A stretch of DNA of 64,000 bases. It comes from Octopus bimaculoides. Lineage: Eukaryota. Positions within the stretch are counted from its first letter, which is position 1, and each line of letters opens with the position of its first letter. A program made the translations under genes and the position numbers. Below are positions 38,641 to 50,380 of this stretch, one piece after another. Where the stretch lies: positions 32,728,221 through 32,792,220 of the forward strand of contig NC_069004.1 of NCBI RefSeq assembly GCF_001194135.2. Direction: 5' to 3'. A model generated the notes under the pieces. The model searched no databases, was not told where the DNA came from, and saw only the letters and a program-made list of their open reading frames with translations.

Positions 38641-40059
38641 AAACATGACCGATGGGTCTAATACGAAATCCACCTCCTACTATTAATTATTACNNNNNNN
38701 NNNNNNNNNNNNNNNNNNNNNNNNNNNNNNNNNNNNNNNNNNNNNNNNNNNNNNNNNNNNNNNNNNNNNNNNNNNNNNNNNNNNNNNNNNNNNNNNNNNN
38801 NNNNNNNNNNNNNNNNNNNNNNNNNNNNNNNNNNNNNNNNNNNNNNNNNNNNNNNNNNNNNNNNNNNNNNNNNNNNNNNNNNNNNNNNNNNNNNNNNNNN
38901 NNNNNNNNNNNNNNNNNNNNNNNNNNNNNNNNNNNNNNNNNNNNNNNNNNNNNNNNNNNNNNNNNNNNNNNNNNNNNNNNNNNNNNNNNNNNNNNNNNNN
39001 NNNNNNNNNNNNNNNNNNNNNNNNNNNNNNNNNNNNNNNNNNNNNNNNNNNNNNNNNNNNNNNNNNNNNNNNNNNNNNNNNNNNNNNNNNNNNNNNNNNN
39101 NNNATATATATATATATATATATATAAATGTATTTTTATAATACCTTGCCAACTTAAAGGATGCATTCATCTTCAAAATATAGCCGTGTAGTGTATTAAG
39201 AGAATTAAAAAAAGACCATTTGAGGAACGTAGTCTACTTTTAATTTAAAGCCATGGAAAAGAAATTCTCTTTTTATTTAACTATTGTTTGAATCTTGATT
39301 AAATGAAAGGGAATAATTAATTCTTAATTATCTGTATATGCATCTCTTTAAACTGAAACCATTGTGTGCGTGTGTGTGTGTTTTAGAAACCTTGCTATTA
39401 GATGTTATGTGAGTGTGTTGCTGTTGTCGTAACTGTTAGCATTTCTCCTGTTTCTCTCAAACCACAGCACTGCTGCTGCGGGTTGCCTTGGCCTTCCTTC
39501 TTCTTGACCTTGTCCATACAATACAGCTTGGCTAAAGCGTGTTTTTTAGCAACCAAAAAAACCAGAGACCTTGTACTCTCTGAAAACAGTTTCTCAGTCA
39601 GAAGACTAGGGAGCTTGGTACCTGTCAAACAGCCTTTTAACTCTTTGGCATTCAGATTTCTCAGTCAAAAGTAATGCTTATTTATTCACATTGATATGAA
39701 TTAGTCATGCATTACAATGTAGCTTGATAATTTCAATGATGTGAATATTTTTAGAATAATACTGTAGGGTAAGTGTGAGAGGCAAGAGCTGGCCAGTTTG
39801 AAAGTAAAACAGGTAGATTATTTTGGCTGGACATGGCCAGTTTAAATGCTAAAGGGTGAAACCAACAGAAGACTAGAGAGTATGGTACCCTGTCAAGTGG
39901 TCTGCTCTGCCAGCAGATGACTAGAGACCATGGTACCTTGTCAAACATTCTTCTCAGCAACCAGGAAACTAGAGAGCATGGTACCAGGTCAATAGATTCT
40001 GTCTACAGTGGCTGGCCCCTTAGCCAAGAACTTCTGTCACTGTGTCACTAGTACAACTT

Positions 40060-40400
40060 CTACATGGCCAGCTACTTTCAGCACTTAGTGACTCCTCATG
40101 AAGGCCCACCTGCATTGTGTACCTCCATATCCTTAGTTGTTCTTTTGACTATATAGCTGGCAATCTAGAAGCAGGTCCCTCTACAGGGTCTCCTTGGAAT
40201 AGTCCCATATTCACCCCATTCAGCAACTTTTCACATTAACGATTCCATGCCTCTTTCTTTTGCATATCAGTGAAGGCAAGTGCACCTTCCTTGATATCAT
40301 TTTTCTTCTATATACGCCCTGTATGTACCTGTGGAATTTATGTTGCTTCCTGAACACGACTATGGCCACTATATTCTTTCGCTTCAAGGAAATGCCTAGA
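40060..40400 (-). mobile_element. Degenerate RTE-like LINE ORF2 fragment (endonuclease-RT linker)
   Basis: Minus-strand GALAFTDMQKKEAWNR*CEKLLN...DPVEGPA, containing stops, resembles the RTE 'K.EAW..HYE.LLN...P.EGP' region. Confidence 0.5.
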
Positions 40401-40743
40401 TACCAGGTTCAGTTCTGCCTATTTCAAAAAAAGGTGTTTGTGTCTCGTTTACTAATGTATCTACGTAAGTTTGTGTGTGTGTACATGTCAGTCTATCTGC
40501 AGTTCTTTGTGTGTATACATATACACATATTCGTGTATGTATGTGTGTGTATATATAGATATAGTGGGTTAGGGTTAGGGTTGAATATGTGTGTTTATGT
40601 TTAGGTGGGTGAGAACATATGTGATCTGAGTTACTTGCAGTCATGGTGGTGGGAGTTTCTCTGTGTATATATATCTGTATGAATTATGTGTATATATTAG
40701 CATATGTGTGTATACGTTTGGGGAAATTTCTATCAGAAAATTA

Positions 40744-40813
<70 letters not shown>

Positions 40814-43800
40814 TTATACATACACAGACACAGTAAACTAGTATATGCATGTGTACGTATGTATTTTAGCTCCCGAGTCTCCCTCCTAAATTTACTTAGA
40901 TTAGTTGTAGTTTTGCCCTAACTTGTTTCCCTATAAACATGTTGTATACCTCCCTCATGTGTATATATATATATATATATATGTATGTGTATGTACATGT
41001 GTAAGTACGTACGTATGGATGTGTGTGTAAGTAGATACGTACATCTTCGTTTCTGAATGTATATGTGAATTATAATCGTAAATATATCCCCATATGCACA
41101 CGAAACACACACACACTTGTTATTTTCCCATAATGCTTCAGTAGGACAGCTTTTTATATCGTTAGATAGTCATTAACACTATTTGTGCTACATTTTTTTA
41201 TGTATATGCGTGTGTGTGTATGTATATATATATATATATATATNNNNNNNNNNNNNNNNNNNNNNNNNNNNNNNNNNNNNNNNNNNNNNNNNNNNNNNNN
41301 NNNNNNNNNNNNNNNNNNNNNNNNNNNNNNNNNNNNNNNNNNNNNNNNNNNNNNNNNNNNNNNNNNNNNNNNNNNNNNNNNNNNNNNNNNNNNNNNNNNN
41401 NNNNNNNNNNNNNNNNNNNNNNNNNNNNNNNNNNNNNNNNNNNNNNNNNNNNNNNNNNNNNNNNNNNNNNNNNNNNNNNNNNNNNNNNNNNNNNNNNNNN
41501 NNNNNNNNNNNNNNNNNNNNNNNNNNNNNNNNNNNNNNNNNNNNNNNNNNNNNNNNNNNNNNNNNNNNNNNNNNNNNNNNNNNNNNNNNNNNNNNNNNNN
41601 NNNNNNNNNNNNNNNNNNNNNNNNNNNNNNNNNNNNNNNNATCTTTACCATTTTTGGACAAAATGCTTCATGGCATTCTTCCAGCTCTACATTCTGAATT
41701 CCAGTTCCGCTGAAGTTGACTTTACCTTTCATGTTTTTGTGGGGTCAATAAAATAAGTCCTACTTGACCAGTAGGGTCAACTTAATCGATTACCCCCCAC
41801 CCCAGAATTTCAGGCCTTGTACCTATAGTCATCATTATCATCATCGTTTAACGTCCACTTTCCATGCTGGCATGGGTTGGACAGTTTAACTGGGGTCTGG
41901 TGAGCCAGGAGGCTGCACCAGGCTCCAATCTGATTTGGCAGAGTTTCTACAGCTGGATGCCCTTCCTAATGCCAACCACTCCGAGAGTGTAGTGGGTGCT
42001 TTTACAAAACACCTGCAGGAGGACCGGTCAGGCGGTACTGGCAACAAACTCACTCGAATGTTGTTTTTCATGTGCCACCGGCACAAGTGCCAGTAAGGCG
42101 ACGCTGGTAATGAACACACTCGAATGATGCTTTCTATGTGCCACCAGCACAGGAGCCAGTCAGCGGCCCTGGCAACGATCACGCTCGGATGGTGCTCTTA
42201 GTGCTCCACTAGCAACAGTATGTTTTTTACCGCTAGGTCATCTGGTGATCTGGTAGACCTTTGATCAAAGACCTTCCATCTGTGACCAATCAGTATACAT
42301 ATTTTTATACAGACATAGTATATTCTAAGACTATGTTCACCCATGTGTCCTTCCTCTTCTTAAGATGATAGACTACAATTTCTGGGTGGTTGGCTGCTAT
42401 GTCTATAAAACTGAGCAACCAGGTAAAATACAAAAATAAAAAAAAAACTCAATCATTGGTAAATGAAGTCTTGTTCGTTAGGGATTATATCATTATGTCT
42501 CCAATCGACCAATATTTTGTTCAGAAGAAGCTTTATTTCTTCCCTTTAGCTATACAGAAACCACTCTTAAGAAATTCAACTTTGTTAATCTCCTTTAAAC
42601 CTGTTAGCTTTCGGATTACTCTGTCAAATTTAACGCTTATCTATTCACATTGTTTTGAATTAATCATGCATTATCTCATCACCATCATCATCATCGTTTA
42701 ACATCCACTTTCCATGCTAGCATGGGTTGGACAGTTTAACTGGGGACTGGTGAAACCAGATGGCTACGCCAGGCTCCAATCTGATTTGGCAGAGTTTCAA
42801 ATCAGATTCTCATAGCTTTGAGATTTCGATGTCATGATAGTTTATTTTTAGAATGATATTGTCTAGGGTAGGTGTGAGAGGCTGGATCTGACGGGTTTGG
42901 CCATAAAACAGGTAGGACATCTGGGCCTGATGTGACCAGTTTAACCCTTTGCCTGTCCAAAGCATTTCCATAAGTTTGTCCTGAACTACTATGCTTGTTT
43001 TCAGAGATTTACTTAGCCCTTGTTTCATACATTCTGAATTCTATGAAGCTTTCCTTTCATAAGTCCCAAATTACTCTGGTGGCTGACAAAAATTGGTGAA
43101 TGTGTATCATATATGATGTGTAGACATTAGGGAAATGTGTCCTGTGAATCGCATGTGATACACAGGACAGTCAAAGGTGCTAAGCTGTTCTGTTAGAAGA
43201 GACAGTCTTAGTGTGACATTGGTGAATTATGTTACACATTATGTGTCCTTATAGTGAGGCTATCTGTGACATTAACCCTTTACCTGCACAAAGCATTTTA
43301 ATGCTTGTCCTAAGCATCTACACTGTTTCCAGACTTTTAGTCAACCCTTGTTACATGTGTTCTGAGTAATATAAAGCTCTCCTTTCATAAGTCCCAAATT
43401 ACTGTGGTGATTAAAAGAAAATTAGGATTGTGTTATCATATATGAAGAGGTTACTTCCAAAACCAGATACATGCATCGGAATGACTTTTGGAGTAATTGT
43501 TTAAAACCACAACTTGAATATATCTGATTTTGGTTGGAAGACTAAGATTCGTCTCCTGTCTATGGGGCATCTGTCCCAGGTTGACTGCAAAAAAATTTCG
43601 CATGCGTGAAACCAGCAGCTTACAGATTGTGTTTTAATGGTTATCATGAAATCAACCAAATATGCACTTATACCAGTTCTGAAAGTAAGCATGATGTGTG
43701 GACATTAGGGAAACAGGCCCTGTGTATCCCATGTGATACACGAAACAGTCAAAGGTGTTAAGCTGTTCTGTTGGAAGAGACAGTCTTAGTGTGACATTGG

Positions 43801-45007
43801 TGAATTATGTCACGCAAAATGTGTCTTTATAATGAGGCTAGCTGCGACATTAACACTTTATCTGTCTAAAGTGTTTTTCAGAAGTTTGTCCGAAACGCCC
43901 ACTCATGTTTTCAGACTTTTAATTATGTTCTGAGTAATATAAAGCTAAGTGTTAAATACTAAAGAATTAAGATTCTGTGAAAAGGTTTTATGACTTTGCA
44001 AGTGTTTTAAAACTAGCTCTTTTACTCGTGTCAAGGGGGTACGCAAACACACACACACACACACACACACACCCTGCTCCACTTCTCTATCTGCCATTGC
44101 AGCTATTCAACGTATAAATAACATTAATAAATGAAGATTTGTTAAGTGTACCATGTTATTGATATTAATGGTTTGATGTATGTTGAAGACATGTGTGGAG
44201 TTGGTCGGTGGTGGTGGTGAACAGTTGTAAAAAGGTCACCAAGTTAAAAGTAGGGGAAGCATTTGGGAAATCATCAGTGAGATTTTACTGGAGAGCTGCG
44301 TAGGTGTGTGTATGCCTGCACCTGTGTGAATGAAAGAGAAAGAATTTGTGCACCAATGTCAGTGAGAGAGAGAGAGAGAGAGAGTGTGAGGGTTTGTGCC
44401 CCCAATGTGAATGAGAGACATTGTGTATGTGTGCATGAGAACTTGTGAACATTTGTATGTGTATGAGACAAAGAGTATATACACCAGTGTGTGTGTGTGT
44501 TAGTGACCAGTTTGAACAAAAGAGAAAGAAAGAGAGAGAATTGCTTTATTGAAGGATCACCCACACAATTCTTATGTAATTTTGGTTATAAAAGCTCTCT
44601 TGCAAAATGATTGGTAGGTTTTCTGTTTTTTTTTTTTTTATGAGATTTTCTTCCAAATAAGTCCAACTTTGAACCAAAGAGGAATTTTTCTCTTCAGCTA
44701 TTTGGTATTTTTTTTTTAATTGTCAGATAGCATTTTTTTTTTATATATATATATTCTTCTTATATTTACTTTTGTTACTTGTGCACTGTTTTTTTTTATT
44801 TGTATTCCATTTGCCTCTGTTTTCTGTGTACCCAAAACAGACTAAACCACTTTGATGCAGGGTTTTTTTTTTTCTTCTTTCTTCTTTTTTTTTCTTTTCT
44901 TTTTTTTTTTTGTTGTTGTTGTTCCATTAGAGTATATTTTTAGTGATAGGTAATTGGGACTGAAAATAGAGTGATGACATTTTGAGAGTTGTTGGCTAAT
45001 GAAAGCA

Positions 45008-45053
<46 letters not shown>

Positions 45054-45539
45054 AATGAATGAATGAGAGAGAGAGAGAGATATAGTGCAAGTTGAAGAGG
45101 GCAGTTCAGAAGGGAGACTTTGCAGTTGAAGGTCAGGAGAAAGAGAAAGAGAGAGAGCGAGAGAGAGGGAGTGGAAGACTGACTAGCAGAGATATAAATA
45201 ACATGGTACCTTTATAATTTTGGAAAATGTTGGCATTCCTCATAAGTGCAAAGTGTAAAGTGGGGAGGTGGGGAGACTGGCATCTAAAAGAGGGGTGACC
45301 TGTGCTAAAACTGTCACACTGAACATGGGACTGTACACTGGACCCACCTCATTCTCTATGCTTCCCAGGGTTGTAACTTGGTGTGGGTATTTAGCTCCTG
45401 GTCAGCACTGATTAAAAAACAGAGACAACGTGGGTTTTCTGGTGGGTTTTAAGTCTTTAGAGAGGGAGAGAGGGGGGGAATAAAGCTTTATGAGTGAATT
45501 TGGTACATGGAATTTGGTACATAGCACCCCGATTAAATG

Positions 45540-45647
45540 CAAATAGTGTTGAAAATGCTCAGCTTTGTCCTCTTCCCATTCCATTCTAATGATCTGAAAA
45601 TACACAAAAATCAATAGAATTAAAAAATCAAAACACACTCGCTTGTA
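45540..45647 (-). mobile_element. Mariner-like 5' end fragment
   Basis: Minus strand starts TACAAG (TA plus a CGAG-like TIR start), then reads MEWEEDKAEHFQHYL, similar to mariner N-terminal 'K.EHFRH.L'. Confidence 0.35.
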
Positions 45648-46093
45648 GAGCAAAAAATTCTCTTTTAAATAACATAAAACATTTTGCTAATGCGTTTTAT
45701 TTCTGCATGCCTTTTTAAACTTGAAAAGAAATGCTCATTAATTATTCCACAACCCAATACATTAGGGAGTGAGTCTGATCTTTCTTTAGTACCTATAGAG
45801 GTAACTCTAGGCATGTTCCTTTCTCATTAGTCCTCCTCAGCAAAACGTCCTAATGTAGCTACCAGACTTTAGAATCTCTTTGAGAAGATATATATTTTTC
45901 TTCTTTTGTGGAAATTATTCATTGATTGGTGATAGGAAGGGAATCTAGCCAGGGAAAGAAAAATCTCCCACAACAATTTGCATCACATGTTTGTCTGTAC
46001 ATAACTGTATTCCTTCTGATTTTTTGCTATGGTGCAGAAATTTGCATTTGTGCAGACAACAAGCAACAACAGCAATGCACATACACACACAAC

Positions 46094-46129
<36 letters not shown>

Positions 46130-47000
46130 TATCTTGACATCACATGACAGTTGTAAATGAATGTCACCATCATATAGATGGTGTTGTTCGGTCTTAACAA
46201 ATTCTGTCTGACCCATACTAGCATAGAAATGTGGTCGTCAAAAAAATGATGGTTATGATTTTCGTATTCTTTATAGAATATAATCTCTTCTGCACAGGTT
46301 TAGCCATAAGAATCTTTGTTTGCTAAACCACAGTTTTTATCTGCAGAGAAGCAGTAATTTTCACTGTGTTTTGTCGAATACATTCGAAATTAATTAATGT
46401 ACCAACTGGTAGAATAAATATTACTTTTGTTTTTATCAACTAAAAGCATCTATAACAGAGAGGGATATGTGAGGACAAGAAAAAAAGCCATGAGAAGAAA
46501 ATGAGAGGTTGGGGAGAGCGGTCACTGATGTAATGTGTCTTTGATGGAGTTTGACTGCTATTTCTGGCAAATCAGGTGATTACATAGAAGCTCTCTCGGT
46601 GTGTGTATAGATAGAGAGATGAATAGACAGACAGACAGACAGATAGATAGATAGAAAATGGAATGAATACCATTCTTTATTTTAAAATCACCACAATTGT
46701 TACGACACATTTTTACACCTGTAGTACACTCGTTAGGCGTTGTGTAACGATGATCGTTCATTCAAGGTGTAAAATACACCTCCGCAGGTAACTGTTTAAA
46801 TAAGTCCTTCGTTAGATCCCACCATCATTTCACTGGATGTGACACATATATATTGTTTTTCTGCAGCTCTAAAGGTTTTTAACTCTTATTTCTAGCAATA
46901 TAGGTGCTACCTTGCACCCTCAGTCGCAATTAGTGACAATTGAATTTTTCCTTTCTCATTTTATATTGCGTATAGCTACCTTCGTTATTTTATATATATG

Positions 47001-47038
<38 letters not shown>

Positions 47039-47473
47039 TATATATGCATGTGTATGCAACAGTTTGTATAAATGGTTGTGATCTTGTGGATGCATGTACG
47101 TGTAGATACATGGGTGTATATACGATGTTTATTACTTGCGGTTGTGGGTGTTTAATGTTCGTGTGAATCTGGAAAGAGTGTGTTTTTATTCAAATGTGTG
47201 CATGTTGCAGATGGCGCTGTTGTCAAAATGTGCATACGTGTGAGTCTGTGCTCAGGCCATGCGATATTTGCACATAGGTACATCTACGTAGTTGCAACCG
47301 TTTGTGTATATATCTGCATCCATGAATACCTGTACGTCAGAGTAAATGTGTTAGTGTGTGTGTGTGTGTGTGTGTGTGTGCATGCATGTGTGTGTGCATG
47401 CATGTGTGTGTGTGTATGTCTTTGAATAAATGCTGTTTGTGTGTGTGTGTGTGTGTATGTCTTTGAATAAATG

Positions 47474-47504
<31 letters not shown>

Positions 47505-48580
47505 CATGCATGTGTGTGTATGTGTTTTAGAACAAATGCTGTGTGTGTGGTTTCTTATTGTTCAGAATGAGTGATTGGAAGGAAAGGGGTAAGGAAAGAA
47601 AAGAAAAGAAGGAGGTGATTTAGTGAGACAATAAATAAAAGGATAGAAGAGAGAGAGAGAGAGAGGGGAAGAAAGAAAGGTTGTGGTGAAATGAAGAGAG
47701 AGAGAGAGAGAGAGAGAGAAAGGTTGTAAGGAAGGTTGTAAGGAGAAGAAGAAAACAAGGGAAAGAGAGTAGAGGTGTGAGGTGCGAATGGCAGTAACAG
47801 AGAAAGAGTAAGAGGTTATAAGGTGAGAGTGGGGGTGTGAGGTGAAAGAGACAGTAAGGAAGGGGGGAGAGGGAGAGAGAAGTGGTGTGAGGTGGGAATG
47901 GAGGAAGTTAATATTGGGTTTTGATTTTATTCAAGACCAAAACTTGATACCCCGCCTCCTCTTTCTCTCTCTACTGAAACTCATCTCCTCCTCCCTCTCC
48001 TCCATTTCATTCTCACCTGGATTCTCTGGTTCTCTCTTTCTTTTTCTTTCCCCCTCTCCCTTCACACAGACAGTCTCCACGCGGTGCTCTGGCTGGCTTG
48101 CTAGAAATAGCAGCCAAAGCCACTTTATTCACACACCACTCACCATCTACAGCCAGTGGCCCTCAACCAGTGGCCCTCAACCAGGCTCCTTGGGCTTCCA
48201 TATATTTCGTCATGAGACAATATTTATTTTTTTCATACAATTCCTTGTAATATTTAAATATAAAAATATAATAGGATTATAGTCACGGATGGATTGCCTG
48301 GAGAGTCACGGGTGGAATGCCTTTAAACAAGGCTGGTCTCATTAAACAAAGACACGTCTGTCAATCTCTCTCTCTCTCTCTCTATCTCCCTCTCACACAC
48401 ACACGCACGTTTGTGTAGTTTTGTTCCTCCTCCCCCTCCCTTTCACACGCCCGTATATTCTTGGTACCTCTCCGTCTCTCTCACCCTTATAGTGTTCCCT
48501 CCCCTTTCTCTCTCTCTCTCTCTCTCACACACTTATATTCTTAGTCCGTTCCATCTTCATATCTCTCTTTTTCTCGCACA

Positions 48581-48613
<33 letters not shown>

Positions 48614-48614
48614 A

Positions 48615-48647
<33 letters not shown>

Positions 48648-48968
48648 AGGAAGGGGGGATAATGGGAGGAGGGAGAGGTGAAATGGTAGGCGAGGGAGAT
48701 TGAGGAAAGAGAAACAAGTGTTTATGCAAAAGAGGAGGAGGAGAAACACAAAAGTCTGAAGAGAGAGATGCATACAAGTCCCTCTCCCCCTCATATTCAT
48801 GTTCTTACCCCCTCTCTCTCATACACACTGGTATCTCTCGCTCTCACAGTAATCTCTCTGTTTTGTGTTTTCTTTTTGCACAAACGCTTGTTTTTTTTTG
48901 TTATTTTTTCTCCATGTTTCTCTCCTCCCACTACATCACTTTCTCTCTCCTCCCACTGTTCCTCGCTC

Positions 48969-49003
48969 TATAAAGCCACCCTCTCTATCTGGCCCATCAA
49001 TCC
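48969..49003 (+). promoter_or_regulatory. Candidate internal Pol II core promoter (TATA plus initiator)
   Basis: TATAAAG at 48969-48975 and YYANWYY-type TCAATCC at 48997-49003, putting the +1 A (48999) 30 nt from the first T of the TATA. CpG-retaining surroundings; no ATG between 48999 and 49203. Confidence 0.45.
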
Positions 49004-49106
49004 TCCGAAACCCGGTGCTGCCGACGTACAGGTACACAGAATCCTGTCGTTCTCCTGACGCTGTTCCAAGTCCACCTTGGTTACATTTAATAACCAACCA
49101 CAACAG

Positions 49107-49156
<50 letters not shown>

Positions 49157-49203
49157 TCTAAATCTGTCCGTAATTATCCACAAAAGCAAGTTTATCGTCT
49201 AGA

Positions 49204-49293
49204 ATGGGTCTGTTCCAGAGGAAAGCCTTTCTCAAACAGAAACTCGCCTGTATTTTGGCCGTCCTACGTAACAACTTCAATCACAACAAACAA
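49204..49293 (+). CDS. OXR1: Candidate alternative first coding exon of a short TLDc-only isoform (MGLFQRKAFLKQKLACILAVLRNNFNHNKQ)
   Basis: First ATG after a TATA/Inr pair, in context agaATGG (A at -3, G at +4). 30 open codons, then CAA|GTAAGG, a phase-0 donor compatible with the exon at 58454. No transcript evidence available. Confidence 0.55.
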
Positions 49294-49688
49294 GTAAGGT
49301 TTCGCTATCTCTTTCTCTCTTGGTTTCCGCTTCTATTTAAAAAAAAATATCCTTCCTTCTTATCGTAATGTTTCTTTTGTTTTCTAAGAGAGGTACTAAA
49401 ACTATTAATTGTATAATAAATAATTTTATTAATTACCTCTCCATTTTCTTATTCTCTAAATATATAAATATATGAACCACGGTTTATAATGGTTACCTCA
49501 TAGTTGAACTTTCTTATTTTCGTTGTATTTATGATCCCTTAATGAGGTTTATTGTCTTTACTTGATTATATCTATACAGGAAAGAATTGGTAGTATACCA
49601 TAATACTGCCGGGTATCTGGTAATTCTTCGGGTGAACGAACTCTATTTTGTACTCGGATACGTTCTTAACGGAATACACCTCAACTAC

Positions 49689-49760
<72 letters not shown>

Positions 49761-50346
49761 GTGTGTGTGAGAGAGAGAAATATGTAGCTCTCTCAGACTT
49801 TTTGTTTATCCTCATATACGTGTGTGTGTGTCACCTGTACTGACCAGAATATCGAATGTTGCTGCTCATCGCTGGCCACGATGCGTTTCCAATTCTTTCT
49901 CGGTTGCGATTTTCTTTTCAATCTTGGCTCAGATTGTTTAAATTTTGTTTGTTTTTTTTTGTTTTTTTGTTTTTTGTAATTAAAACAAAAACAAAAACGA
50001 TTCGCCTGTTATTTCTTGTAATTCCGAAAGCTCGCTTGCTCCTTTCTCAAGCGTCACAAATCTACCTAAGGATGTGGGAAATTATACCAGATATAATACT
50101 ATACAGAATACCGAAAGGATCTTCACCTCTTACATCACACATTTCTTCTTACTTCAACGTCGAGATGGTATAATTTCCTGGGAGAGAGATAATTTTGCGG
50201 CTGAGGATAGCTTTACATTGTAGATTATACACATATTATATTATGTTATATTATATTATATTATATTATACACATGTAGAGCTTGAAACACGTGTACCGC
50301 AGAATCCTTTGTAGTTTTGTTGTTATTTTTTTCTTTTGGATTTACA

Positions 50347-50380
<34 letters not shown>

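Noticed and set aside
44587-44620. TATAAAAG followed by ATG and GTAGGT
   Set aside because: The ATG is too close to the TATA, and the donor would be phase 1, incompatible with the exon at 58454.
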